A stretch of 64,000 bases of DNA. It comes from Patescibacteria group bacterium (GTDB taxonomy: Bacteria; Patescibacteriota; Microgenomatia; UBA10105; UBA927). The notes under the pieces were generated by a model that ran no database searches, was not told the origin of the DNA, and saw nothing but the letters and a program-made list of their open reading frames with translations. Made by a program: the position numbers and the translations under genes. The stretch covers positions 20,663-84,662 of the forward strand of contig JAMCTH010000005.1 in NCBI GenBank assembly GCA_023379025.1. The letters are read 5' to 3'. Of this stretch, positions 47,621 through 57,509 are shown piece after piece. Numbering within the stretch: position 1 is the first letter of the stretch; each line of letters opens with the position of its first letter.

Positions 47621-48649
47621 CTACACATACCCTTTCCGGATTTTCCTTATCGTTTCGATAGTCTTCGGGATGACATACCACGGAGAAATCGGCAGATCCA
47701 TGGCATGCATGTACTTAACCGCATGCCCTCCGAAACCTTTTTTGAACAATGTTATTCCCCTCCATGGATGTTTCATGCTGTCTTCAGGAGCTATACCCCA
47801 AAAATTGTACACTTCCATTCCCCGTTTTTTTGCCTCACGGATGGCTTCCCACTGTACCAGCGCTGCAACGGGAGTACCGATGTTTATCGAAGCGCCGTGA
47901 TGGTATATCCCCTGCCGGCCGTAAAAGAGTATAAGAGCACCTGCAGCTATGGCGCCCTTGTACTCTCCCAAAAAAAGCATGCACTCCCCTTTTTTGGAAA
48001 ATTCACGGTATTCTTCCTCAATACCGGTATGGGGCACAAATCCATGACGCTCATAGGTAGCTTTATAAAGGCGGAGGAATTCCGCCATGTCTTTTCCGTC
48101 CGTTCCTTTGTGTATCCGTACTCCCCGTTTCTCCGCCTGGCGGATATCATAGCGCGTACTTTTTCTCATAGCGCCGAGAAGCTCCTGCTCGCTGTTCCGA
48201 AGATCCAGCACCCAGCAGTATTCGCCGTCCATCGCATGGACCGGTGCCGGCACGAGCCCCAATCCCCGAAACATGTCTCTTACCGCCGGTTCATCCGGTA
48301 TAAGCGGACTTATGCGGATGAACCAACACTTTTGCGACGCCGCATACGCCCTGAGATCCGAAAGAATCGCCGCTACAAATCGCGGATCCGGCCTCTCCCC
48401 GAGTACCGGACCGTGACGGATATGGAGAAAACGGCCCCGTTTTGCACGGACCACCATGCATTGAGCAAGCGCGAGAAGTTTCCCGTTCCGTTTCCATCCG
48501 ATACGGCGGACGTCATGCCCGAGAGCCCGTTGCACTTCTCCCCAGGCCCAGCTCTGAAAGAGCGACCGCGGAGCAAGACAGAGAAGTACGGACTCCCACT
48601 CTTCCTCATCGGTAATTTCACCCATCGGATAAGACATATGAGACAGCAC
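47621..48649 (-). CDS. FemAB-family peptidoglycan aminoacyltransferase (FemX-like)
   Basis: 342 aa, FemAB/GNAT-like with YKATYERHGF and a GASINIG block; its position inside a dcw cluster fits interpeptide-bridge formation. Confidence 0.65.
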   Translation of the reverse strand: MLSHMSYPMGEITDEEEWESVLLCLAPRSLFQSWAWGEVQRALGHDVRRIGWKRNGKLLALAQCMVVRAKRGRFLHIRHGPVLGERPDPRFVAAILSDLRAYAASQKCWFIRISPLIPDEPAVRDMFRGLGLVPAPVHAMDGEYCWVLDLRNSEQELLGAMRKSTRYDIRQAEKRGVRIHKGTDGKDMAEFLRLYKATYERHGFVPHTGIEEEYREFSKKGECMLFLGEYKGAIAAGALILFYGRQGIYHHGASINIGTPVAALVQWEAIREAKKRGMEVYNFWGIAPEDSMKHPWRGITLFKKGFGGHAVKYMHAMDLPISPWYVIPKTIETIRKIRKGYV

Positions 48650-48751
48650 TACACCCCTATCCTAACCCCTTCTGCACGGAAAATCCCGGTGTCACAGAAC
48701 CGGCGAGAAAGAGAAGAAGCGCGTTGATCATCCAGCGTATGATAAGCGGCG

Positions 48752-49432
48752 TCATATGATGACTATGTCTTCGTCTCCCTGGCTTCCAGTCTCGGAAGAA
48801 GTCCGAATCGTATGGTACTCTGCGAGAGAAAAGCTCGCTCCGTGCCCGGGATAGACGGTGACATCACCGGAAAAGCGTCCGAGGACAGTAAGTGACGACC
48901 GCAGTACGCCGCGGTCGGAATAGGGGAAATCCGTACGCCCCGTCAAGCCGTCCGCGAAAACGAGATCGCCGGAAAATAGGCTGCGGCTTTCCCGTTCGTA
49001 AAGAAGTATGCTGCCGGGTGTATGTCCGGGAGCGTGCATAACCTTCAGTGTTAGAGTACCAAGGTTCATGAGATCGCCGTCTTTCACCGGCCTGTCAACG
49101 GGGGGATGCGGATCAACCTCCCCAATCTTCAGGTACTTTTCTGCCGAACGATTCATTGTCTTCACGAGAAACAGGTCAGCCGGGTGAAGACAAAACGGCA
49201 CGCCGAACGTCCGTGATACGGCAAATGCCGCCATGATGTGATCAAGGTGCCCGTGCGTCGCGACCACGGCAACCGGCTCAATAGCAAGCGCCGCAACATG
49301 GCTGATGATATAGTCGGCATCATCACCCGGATCAATGATAACACTCTTTCCGGAACCGGCATCGGATACGATATAACAGTTTGCCGCCATGCTGCCGACC
49401 ACGAGTGTCTGTATCTGAAAACCGTGCGGCAT
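48752..49432 (-). CDS. MBL-fold metallo-hydrolase
   Basis: VVATHGHLDH (HxHxDH), HAPGHTPGS and a downstream His/Asp. Confidence 0.7.
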   Translation of the reverse strand: MPHGFQIQTLVVGSMAANCYIVSDAGSGKSVIIDPGDDADYIISHVAALAIEPVAVVATHGHLDHIMAAFAVSRTFGVPFCLHPADLFLVKTMNRSAEKYLKIGEVDPHPPVDRPVKDGDLMNLGTLTLKVMHAPGHTPGSILLYERESRSLFSGDLVFADGLTGRTDFPYSDRGVLRSSLTVLGRFSGDVTVYPGHGASFSLAEYHTIRTSSETGSQGDEDIVII

Positions 49433-49441
49433 AGAATGCTG

Positions 49442-50404
49442 TCAGTTGGTAAACTCCTGCGTAAACATTTCTCCGTATATTCCGCCGCTGATGATTCCGA
49501 TTCCGACCCGGTGAAATGCCGGGTCCAGAATATTTCTCCGGTGACCGGGGCTGTTCATCAGTCCCTGGTGGGCTATCTGAACATCCGGAGCATACGCGAG
49601 GTTTTCCCCGATGACGGAAAATGAAATACCGGCGGCCTCTGCCCGGTACGCCACATCATGACCGTCCGGATCAATATGCGAGAAATAGTGCCGTACAAAC
49701 ATGTCGCGGCTTTTTGCCCGCGCCAACGACGCGAGAGCGGGATCGCTCACCAATGCCCCAACCCCTGCTTTAGCGCGTTCGGCATTGACCAGTGAGAGCA
49801 TTTCCCGTTCCGCCGCTTCATCTGTGGTAAGGGACGACGGCGTTACGTCAATGGGGATACTTTCGTTTGATTTTGGTTCGACGGTCAGAAATTTTGTCGC
49901 TTCACGTCCGACGGTCTGAACCGTTCCGGTAATTGTCCCCCCGTACTGCTCCCCAAGCCGGACAAGGCGCGAACCGAGGAACGAACCGGTGATATCCTGC
50001 CGTATCGTACCCCGAAGAGGCAGCGATGTCGCAAGGATCAGGAAAAAAGCGAGGATAATCAGTCCGTTCACGACCGATACGAAGGATCCCAGTACTCGAT
50101 TGGTACGCGACACATGTACGGCATCCGGAAACCGTGATACGATACGGGACAATAACTCGGACAGCACAAATTCCGAAAGAAGTGCCACTCCGACATATCC
50201 CAGAATGTTTGCCCAGGCCGACGGCACTCCGAATTTTAGTGCGATGAATGCCGCCGCAGCACTGTAATACCGCAGCGCCAGCCAGAGCGCCGCAAGAAGA
50301 GACAGAAAGCTTGCAATAAGGGATAATAACCCTGCCTCCCACCCCTCGATAAAAAAATAAAAAGCGACAACAGCTATGATGATATCGACCCAGTTGAACT
50401 GCAT
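49442..50404 (-). CDS. CvpA-family membrane protein fused to a C-terminal CAP/SCP (PR-1-like) domain
   Basis: Four-TM CvpA-like N-terminus; C-terminal LVNAERAKAG...GHRRNIL...GENL CAP-domain motifs; the start is taken at MQFNWVD. Confidence 0.6.
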   Translation of the reverse strand: MQFNWVDIIIAVVAFYFFIEGWEAGLLSLIASFLSLLAALWLALRYYSAAAAFIALKFGVPSAWANILGYVGVALLSEFVLSELLSRIVSRFPDAVHVSRTNRVLGSFVSVVNGLIILAFFLILATSLPLRGTIRQDITGSFLGSRLVRLGEQYGGTITGTVQTVGREATKFLTVEPKSNESIPIDVTPSSLTTDEAAEREMLSLVNAERAKAGVGALVSDPALASLARAKSRDMFVRHYFSHIDPDGHDVAYRAEAAGISFSVIGENLAYAPDVQIAHQGLMNSPGHRRNILDPAFHRVGIGIISGGIYGEMFTQEFTN

Positions 50405-50435
50405 GCTACCTGCAAGTATACCTCCCTTCGGGTAT

Positions 50436-51674
50436 TCAGGCAAAACTGCCGGCGAGACGCTCTTCGAGAACCGCGCGTGCGCGGGCAAGCGGCAGTGTCG
50501 TCGGGAGATTTATGATGCTAAGCGCCGCCTTCTCTGCCTCGGGACAACTGCCCTTCCGGTATCCGACCGCCGTAAAGTTTACCCCTCCGGGATCGATGAT
50601 ATTGTGGTACCAATTTCCGAGCAGTACCCCCCGGGCCTGAGCGGTTTTTCTTACCTTCTCCGGGTCGCGGACAAGGATGGGGTACCGCAGAAATCCTGCA
50701 TCTCGAAGCCGTTCTCCGGAAACCCCGGCTCCGAAACCCCGTAGCTGAGCTTCATAGTAGGTTGCCGCGGTCTGACGGAGGCGAATAAGTGCCCCGAGTT
50801 TCCCAAGCTGCGGGAGCAGCAATCCTGCGAGCGCGTTGGGATAGCGCTCGGGAAATATCCCCGGACGTTTTCCCTGTTTTTCCGAAGGATACACCGGGAA
50901 GGATAATACGTGCAGCCGCTGCAGCACAACTAACAGAAGCTTTCCGATACCCAACGTATAGAGAGGAAGAATCACGGCAAATGCGATCGGGTGGAGCAGC
51001 TGTTGGACGATAAAAAACCACGACGGGAACGGCAGCGACTCTTGAAACGCAAGAAGCTTCCGCTGCGCATCCCTATGCGTGTCCCGCACGATCGCCATGC
51101 CGCCGAATACACTGGAAACGGCTTTATCCCGTCCGAAACTGAAAACTGCCGCGTCTCCCATACTCCCCAGAAGCTTCCCTTTCCATTTTGCTCCGAGCGC
51201 ATGGGCGCAGTCTTCGATGAGCATGATAGTATTGTCGTCACAAAGCGTCCGGAACGCATCCATATCCGCGGGGATACCGAATGTATGCTGTACGATGATT
51301 GCCTTCGTCCGTGGCGAAATCTTCTTCTTTGCATCCTCCGGATCCATATTGTAGTACCGGTCGATATCGGCATACACGGGCGTTGCGCCGGTCCATAAAA
51401 CGCTGTTGGGTACCGCAACACAGGTAAAAGCCTGTACGATGACTTCATCACCCGGACCTATTCCGAACGACCGGAGCACCGCCATGAGCGCGCTCCTGCC
51501 GCTATTGAACGATACGGCGCTGTACCCCCGAAAGCGCATACGGAACCAGGATTCCGTCCGTCCGATATCCGGGCCCCGTTGCCAAAGCCGCGGACGGAAA
51601 AGAAGCGAAACCGCCTTTTTAACATCGGATCCACCGGTATTCGGAGAAAGCGATGCGGAGATTATGGTGTTCAT
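50436..51674 (-). CDS. DegT/DnrJ/EryC1/StrS-family PLP-dependent sugar aminotransferase
   Basis: IVQHTFGIPADMD...LIEDCAHALGA and a SFGRDK active-site lysine region. Confidence 0.8.
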   Translation of the reverse strand: MNTIISASLSPNTGGSDVKKAVSLLFRPRLWQRGPDIGRTESWFRMRFRGYSAVSFNSGRSALMAVLRSFGIGPGDEVIVQAFTCVAVPNSVLWTGATPVYADIDRYYNMDPEDAKKKISPRTKAIIVQHTFGIPADMDAFRTLCDDNTIMLIEDCAHALGAKWKGKLLGSMGDAAVFSFGRDKAVSSVFGGMAIVRDTHRDAQRKLLAFQESLPFPSWFFIVQQLLHPIAFAVILPLYTLGIGKLLLVVLQRLHVLSFPVYPSEKQGKRPGIFPERYPNALAGLLLPQLGKLGALIRLRQTAATYYEAQLRGFGAGVSGERLRDAGFLRYPILVRDPEKVRKTAQARGVLLGNWYHNIIDPGGVNFTAVGYRKGSCPEAEKAALSIINLPTTLPLARARAVLEERLAGSFA

Positions 51675-53158
51675 GGTTTTGTTGCAGCTGCAAGCTCCAT
51701 AAAGCGTCGAAGCATCGTCTCCGATTCCTTTCCCTTAAACAGCACCGTATCGCCCGACGTAACGGCAGAGTACAGCCGGCGCGCTCCTTCCCGCGCCGTC
51801 AGGACGCTGACTGTTGCAGCTCCTCCGGATCCCCTGACGCCGGACAGAAATTCTTTTTCATGGTCACTGTTGGTGAGTATGATCCCGTCGCAGACGCGGC
51901 CCGCCGCTTCCCCCACGCGCCGGTGACTTTCCGCGGCAAAAGAACCGAGCTCTATCATCGGCTGAAATACCAAAAACCGTCCGTGCGGTCGGGATGCAAG
52001 ATAGGCAATCGCTGCAAGCGCCGCATCCGGGTTATTATTGAATGTATCATTGATCACCAGAGCGCCGCCCGACGTCTTGAAGGGTTCCATGGTTTTTCTG
52101 TACGGCCGGATCATTTCTGCAGCCCGGACGGCGTCAGAAAACTTCATGCCGGCAGCACACGCGGCGGCAATTGCCAGAGCTATATTGGTCGCCTGATGAA
52201 GACCCAGAACGTGGGCGGTAACCGTTGCCCGTTTACCGCGATATTGCACCTCAAATGTTACGCCGTCCGGCGTGTCCTTTACCGACCCGAACGTTATGGC
52301 CTCTTCCGCCGCATCTCCGGTTTGCTTTCCGCGGCCTACTGCCCACACGTGAACTCCGTCCTTTCGGGCGTCCCGGGCCATATGGCATACATAGGAATTG
52401 TCCGTATTCATGACGCCGATACGCATACCCGATAACCCGCCTAAGAGCTCATATTTTGCCCGGACCGTTCCCTCAACCGAACCAAAAAGATCCTGATGCT
52501 GGGCATTTATAGCGGTGACAATACCGATCTCAGGCCGTACCATATCGGCCATGAACCGTATTTCTCCCGGTTTGTATGCGCCCATTTCCACGATGAAATA
52601 CCCGTGTTCCGGTTGAAGGCGCCGGATAATCACTTCCGCGATACCGATCGGTGCGTTTTTACTGGCTTCCGTTGTCAGTACACGGTATTGGCTGCCGAGT
52701 ATGGTCCCAAGATATTCCTTAACGGATGTTTTGCCATAGCTTCCGGTAATACCGATAACCACCATCGGCCGGTGGTGCCGGAGCAGTGATACGGCGCGGG
52801 CAATGATTACGCGGTGATACACCCACGTCGGCATCCTGAGACATCCGACGATGAGGGCAGTGACCGGAAAGGAAAGAATATCAACAAGAACAAGGCGAAG
52901 AATAAGCGGCAAGGGAATCACCAGAAAAAAAGCTCCCAAAACGACAAGCGTCCCTCCGATAAGACTGACCGATTTAGGCGAAACCGGAGGTCTTCTCCAG
53001 GGGGGAACATACAGCCGTCTGCCCTCTGGCGTACCAAGGTGGATGCGCATGCGGTCAAACCGGTATTCTTTGATGTACCAAAGCCGTGCAAATGAACAGA
53101 CATTACCGAAGATCCGCAGAAACCACACCGCGGTCAGAAACTGGAGAAAAATATTCAT
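51671..53158 (-). CDS. murF: Mur ligase, MurF-like (UDP-MurNAc-tripeptide--D-Ala-D-Ala ligase) with N-terminal membrane extension
   Basis: IGITGSYGKTS P-loop, VEMGAYKPGEI, NAQHQD; about 130 aa of hydrophobic N-terminal sequence replaces the usual MurF N-domain. Confidence 0.7.
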   Translation of the reverse strand: MNIFLQFLTAVWFLRIFGNVCSFARLWYIKEYRFDRMRIHLGTPEGRRLYVPPWRRPPVSPKSVSLIGGTLVVLGAFFLVIPLPLILRLVLVDILSFPVTALIVGCLRMPTWVYHRVIIARAVSLLRHHRPMVVIGITGSYGKTSVKEYLGTILGSQYRVLTTEASKNAPIGIAEVIIRRLQPEHGYFIVEMGAYKPGEIRFMADMVRPEIGIVTAINAQHQDLFGSVEGTVRAKYELLGGLSGMRIGVMNTDNSYVCHMARDARKDGVHVWAVGRGKQTGDAAEEAITFGSVKDTPDGVTFEVQYRGKRATVTAHVLGLHQATNIALAIAAACAAGMKFSDAVRAAEMIRPYRKTMEPFKTSGGALVINDTFNNNPDAALAAIAYLASRPHGRFLVFQPMIELGSFAAESHRRVGEAAGRVCDGIILTNSDHEKEFLSGVRGSGGAATVSVLTAREGARRLYSAVTSGDTVLFKGKESETMLRRFMELAAATKP

Positions 53159-53883
53159 ACCCGGGACAAAAATGCCTCAACGGTTTTTGCAAAAAGGGCA
53201 GGCTGACGGAACGGTACGGAATGATTTGCGTGTTCAAGAATGATAAGCTCGGATCCGCGGATTACCCGCTGCATCCGGCGTGCTATGGCAACCGGACAGA
53301 TCGTATCTTCCTCGCCCCAGATGAGCGCCGCGGGTACACGGACCGCCCGCATACATTCTTCCAGTTCCTCCTGCACAATAACCTTGAAGGTATCCCGCAT
53401 GACGCCTTCCGCACGGTAAAAATCACGGGCTCCCACGAGGTAGTAATACCAGAGCCGGAGCTGATTCTGTACGACGGAAAGCATGGGAAGGGAAAAAATA
53501 AATTTACCGACTTTGGCAATAAAGATGAAAATCTGGAGTTTCTTTCTGGGTACGGGCGTGTACCCGGGCGCGCCGCTCAGGATCAGGGCGGAAAGTCCGC
53601 CGGCAAACATCTCCTGATACCGGAGGGCAACGCGTCCCCCGAACGAATGGCCTATGACAACCGGTTTTGCAACATGTTTTTCCCTCAGAAACAGGTGTAC
53701 GTATTCCGCATATTCACCGAGCGTCAGAGGATGCTCGGGCATCGGGGACCTGCCGAATCCCGGAAGATCCGGAGCCAAGACGGTATACCCTGCGGTTTCC
53801 AGCGTCCGTCCAAGCGGCGCAAACACTGCTCCGGACAACCCCCATCCGTGAAGAATGAGTATGGTCTTCGCCTTCGTTTTCAT
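53155..53883 (-). CDS. Alpha/beta-fold hydrolase
   Basis: ILILHGWG, the nucleophile elbow GHSFGG and a C-terminal His; the start is taken at MKTKAKT. Confidence 0.7.
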   Translation of the reverse strand: MKTKAKTILILHGWGLSGAVFAPLGRTLETAGYTVLAPDLPGFGRSPMPEHPLTLGEYAEYVHLFLREKHVAKPVVIGHSFGGRVALRYQEMFAGGLSALILSGAPGYTPVPRKKLQIFIFIAKVGKFIFSLPMLSVVQNQLRLWYYYLVGARDFYRAEGVMRDTFKVIVQEELEECMRAVRVPAALIWGEEDTICPVAIARRMQRVIRGSELIILEHANHSVPFRQPALFAKTVEAFLSRV

Positions 53884-53887
53884 ACCG

Positions 53888-55195
53888 TCAAAGTTTCCGG
53901 CGGAATGCGTCGCGGTCTTCCCCGACATGCTTCCTATTGGCGCTCACGCGGGTTTCCACGATAGTACGGACAAAACTTCCGTCCGGAACGTCCCGGTCGA
54001 CAAGGCTACCGGCGCCGATAAAACTGTTCCCGCCGATCTTCACTCCGGGCATAGTGCTCGCATTTACCCCGATCCGTACGTTTTTGCCGATAATCGCCCC
54101 GAGCTTGTTCCTGCCCGTTGGGATCCGTTCCTGTTTTACGGCGGAAACAATCTCTTCCTCATCCAGCCGTAAGTTGGCAAGGACCGTTCCCGAACCCATG
54201 CTGATGTTTTCCTCAAGGACACTGTCCCCGACGTAATTATTATGGAACCAGCAGTTTTTTCCGACGTAGCTTCTCGTGATATCGCTGCTGAAGCCGGTTA
54301 CCGTCCCCTCACCGATGTGACTCGCCCGTATCATGGTGTTGGTGCCGACTATCGCGTTATCGCCGATATAGGCCGGTCCGACTATCTTTACGTTTTCCAG
54401 TATCCGGACGTTATCGCCTATCCATACCGGCACCGGGTATCGCGCGGATTTATTAATTTCCGTATGGTTCCCCCTGTGGGAAGAAAGACGGGTCAGGAGA
54501 ATTTCCATGACATCCAAAATTTGCCAGGGATACTTAAGCGACGCAAAAGGCCCTTTGTACGGTTCCATGGAAAAGTTCTCTTCTGACATGAGAGACGTCA
54601 GCGCACGTTCGTATACATCATCCCGGTCGCTTGTCGTCGACCTGAGCTTCCTGAGAAATGCATCGCCGTGGATAATGAAATGGCCGGTGATATCTGCGTA
54701 GGGACTGGGTTCATTCCCTGCCCCGGGCTTTTCCCTGATTGCCCGGATCCTGTCGTTCACGATCTCGAAATATCCGATCGGCAGATACTGACCGGTTTTT
54801 AATCCGGGCAATACTCCTCCTTTAGCAAGACCTCCTCCGCGCTTCAGAACCTTAGCGTAAAGTGACGGATCGGTCACATCGTCTGCAATGACAACCAGAA
54901 GCGAAGCGCCGCCGATCTGACTTTCCGCGGACAATATGGCATCGGCCATGCCGAGCGGGCGCTCCTGTACGACCGTGACGTGCGGCACGGGAAGCCTGAG
55001 CGCATCCAGGACATCGTGATTGACCGTGTTGGTGATTATGACGGCACGTGTAACCCCCTTGGGAAGTACATCCCTCACCGTATAGGAAAAAAACGGCTTC
55101 CCCATAAAAGGAAAGAGGATCTTATTTTCCGTAATGGGCCAGAAACGGCTTCCTGAGCCTCCGGCGCAAACGACGGCAACAATTTCATGTTTCAC
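53888..55195 (-). CDS. GlmU-like bifunctional sugar-1-phosphate nucleotidyltransferase / left-handed beta-helix acyltransferase
   Basis: N-terminal VVCAGGSGSRFWP NTP-transferase motif and C-terminal hexapeptide repeats (NVRIGVNASTMPGVKIGGNSFIGAGSLV); the size (435 aa) and architecture match GlmU. Confidence 0.6.
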   Translation of the reverse strand: MKHEIVAVVCAGGSGSRFWPITENKILFPFMGKPFFSYTVRDVLPKGVTRAVIITNTVNHDVLDALRLPVPHVTVVQERPLGMADAILSAESQIGGASLLVVIADDVTDPSLYAKVLKRGGGLAKGGVLPGLKTGQYLPIGYFEIVNDRIRAIREKPGAGNEPSPYADITGHFIIHGDAFLRKLRSTTSDRDDVYERALTSLMSEENFSMEPYKGPFASLKYPWQILDVMEILLTRLSSHRGNHTEINKSARYPVPVWIGDNVRILENVKIVGPAYIGDNAIVGTNTMIRASHIGEGTVTGFSSDITRSYVGKNCWFHNNYVGDSVLEENISMGSGTVLANLRLDEEEIVSAVKQERIPTGRNKLGAIIGKNVRIGVNASTMPGVKIGGNSFIGAGSLVDRDVPDGSFVRTIVETRVSANRKHVGEDRDAFRRKL

Positions 55196-56526
55196 ACATC
55201 CTCCTTCCGTCGGGTGATACCCGCCCCGAGTTTCCGTAACCGTATTTCGATGTGTTCATAACCGCGGTCTATCTGTTCAACGCCGCGCACCATACTTTCA
55301 CCCTCCGCGGCAAGGGCGGCAAGAACAACGGTTGCCCCCGCACGCAGATCCTGAATCTCCAGTATGCCGTTGTGAAGCCTGGTCGGACCGCTGATCCGTA
55401 TGCCCTGATGGTACCCCTGTATCCGGTCGGCCCAGTTAAAATTATAAAACCGTTCCGGATCCCGGACCGGAGGATCAAAAAAAGATATATCCGCACCAAG
55501 TTTTTTGAGTTCCGCGACATATGAAAACCTGCTTTCAAACACGGTCTCATGGATGGTGGATACCCCGTGTGCCTGTGTCATGAGAACCGCCCAGGGAGCC
55601 TGCCAATCGGTCATAAATCCGGGATACGGCGCTGTGGTGATATGGCTCGGGCGATACCCGGTGCCGGCGGCATACCGTGTCGTCTCAGGGCCCACGCGTT
55701 CAACCTTTCCGCCGCACTCCCCGAGAAGCTTCGTGAAGACGTCCAGATGTCTGGCACAACTATTCCGGACGACGATATCCCCGCCCGTAACGCACGCGGC
55801 CAATGCAAACGTCACTTCTTCATTTCTGTCAGACATGATCGAGTGCGTGGCACCGTTTAGGGATGGTACTCCGTGAATAACGATCTCCCGCGTCTTTGTC
55901 CTGCGGATCTTTGCACCCATATGATTAAGAAACGCAATCAGATCATCTATCTCCACTTCGGCAGCCGCGTTCTCGAGGACTGTTTCTCCTTCGGCCAGCA
56001 CTGCGGCAAGCAGAAGCGTTTCCGTACCGGTGTGCGTATTTTTATCGAAGCGGTATCGCACGCCGTGCAGTCGGGACGCCTCTGCATGAAAATATCCGTC
56101 ATGGGGATCATATCGCACTGCCGCGCCCATCTTCGTCAATCCCAGAATATGCCGGTCTATGGGACGCGCTCCGATCCTGCAGCCGCCCGGATTCGGAATC
56201 ACTGCCTCGCCGTAGCGCGCGAGAAGCGGCCCCAATACCATGGACGATGTCCGAAGCCGCGCGCCAAGAGAAAGCGGCACTTCTTTTTTCCCTTCATGGG
56301 TGCGCCGTATCCGGAGAACCTTCCCCCGCTCGGTCACTGTCATGCCGAGCGTCCGGATGACATCACACATGATGCGTACATCGGCAATATCCGGAATATT
56401 ACGAAGCTCCACCTCCTTGTCCGTCAAAAGCGTTGCGGCCAGGGCTTTGAGAGCGGCATTTTTTGCGCCGCTCACCGCTACTTCCCCGGATAACGGCCTA
56501 CCGCCGTGTATTAAAAACGTTTCCAT
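55192..56526 (-). CDS. murA: UDP-N-acetylglucosamine 1-carboxyvinyltransferase
   Basis: GGRPLSGEVAVSGAKNAALK..., an EPT-family fold, active-site Cys region CRIGARPID. Confidence 0.9.
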   Translation of the reverse strand: METFLIHGGRPLSGEVAVSGAKNAALKALAATLLTDKEVELRNIPDIADVRIMCDVIRTLGMTVTERGKVLRIRRTHEGKKEVPLSLGARLRTSSMVLGPLLARYGEAVIPNPGGCRIGARPIDRHILGLTKMGAAVRYDPHDGYFHAEASRLHGVRYRFDKNTHTGTETLLLAAVLAEGETVLENAAAEVEIDDLIAFLNHMGAKIRRTKTREIVIHGVPSLNGATHSIMSDRNEEVTFALAACVTGGDIVVRNSCARHLDVFTKLLGECGGKVERVGPETTRYAAGTGYRPSHITTAPYPGFMTDWQAPWAVLMTQAHGVSTIHETVFESRFSYVAELKKLGADISFFDPPVRDPERFYNFNWADRIQGYHQGIRISGPTRLHNGILEIQDLRAGATVVLAALAAEGESMVRGVEQIDRGYEHIEIRLRKLGAGITRRKEDV

Positions 56527-57509
56527 CAGAAATCCCCCATACGCCGTATTTCTTCCTCAAGCGTCACGCCGTACTGATCATGAACGCGCCGGCGCATTTC
56601 CTCTATCAATTGTACAACATCTGAAGCCTTCGCATGCCCCAGATTGATGATAAAATTCGCATGGACCGGAGACACCTGTGCATCTCCGACGCGATATCCT
56701 TTAAGCCCGGCGTGATCGATCAGAAACCCTGCTGATGTGGTGTGATTCGGGGTCGGAATGGAAATGGCCTCCGATACCGTCAGATTACGGAACGTGCACC
56801 CCGGGGAGGAAACCCCCTGAGGCTGCGTCTTCCTGCGGTATCCGATACTTTCATTGGCTGTCTTCCATAACAGCTCCTTGTCGCCCGGAGTGAGGGCAAA
56901 CACAACCCGGAGCACGATATCCGCCGTCTTCTGCATATGGCTTGTGTCATAGGAAAAACGGAAATATGCCCTGGGAACGGTTTGCACCTCATTGTCCCCG
57001 TTCAGAATCGTCGCCTGATAGACCGCGTCTCCGACAGCACCCTCCGGATGGGTCCATTTTGAATTCATAAAGACAGCGCCTCCTACCGTTCCGGGAAGAC
57101 CGAGATGCATTTCCAGTCCCCCGAGCCCCTCCTCAATCGTGGTCCTCACGAGCTGGTTCATCCCGAGGCCGCTGTCCGCTTCCACGTATACCTTTCCGGA
57201 CTGTTTTTTCCCTTTCTGTATGACTCCCGTAGCACCGCGTATGGAAACGGAGGAGGTAAGGTTCCGTATGACCAACCCCTTCATGCCCCGATCTCCTATC
57301 AGGATATTTGACCCGCCTCCCAGTACGGTAACGGACAGGGAGAGCGATCTTCCGAGACAGACGGCGCGGGCCAGTTCCTCCGCAGACCGGATTTCGATAA
57401 AGTATTCAGCGGGCCCCCCGATTTTAAAGGTGGTATACGGAGCAAGCGGCACATCTCTTCCGACCGTATCGCCGAATTCTTTTTTGAGTTCAGAGAATGG
57501 ATTATTCAT
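56526..57509 (-). CDS. murB: UDP-N-acetylenolpyruvoylglucosamine reductase
   Basis: PLAPYTTFKIGGPAEYF FAD-binding motif, GGGSNIL; the start is taken at MNNPFSEL, abutting the murC stop. Confidence 0.85.
   Translation of the reverse strand: MNNPFSELKKEFGDTVGRDVPLAPYTTFKIGGPAEYFIEIRSAEELARAVCLGRSLSLSVTVLGGGSNILIGDRGMKGLVIRNLTSSVSIRGATGVIQKGKKQSGKVYVEADSGLGMNQLVRTTIEEGLGGLEMHLGLPGTVGGAVFMNSKWTHPEGAVGDAVYQATILNGDNEVQTVPRAYFRFSYDTSHMQKTADIVLRVVFALTPGDKELLWKTANESIGYRRKTQPQGVSSPGCTFRNLTVSEAISIPTPNHTTSAGFLIDHAGLKGYRVGDAQVSPVHANFIINLGHAKASDVVQLIEEMRRRVHDQYGVTLEEEIRRMGDF

Noticed and set aside
44699-48727. Plus-strand ORFs 44699..45616, 45734..46426, 46213..47202, 47579..48727
   Set aside because: All are antisense to ftsW, mraY and femX; Arg-rich low-complexity translations.
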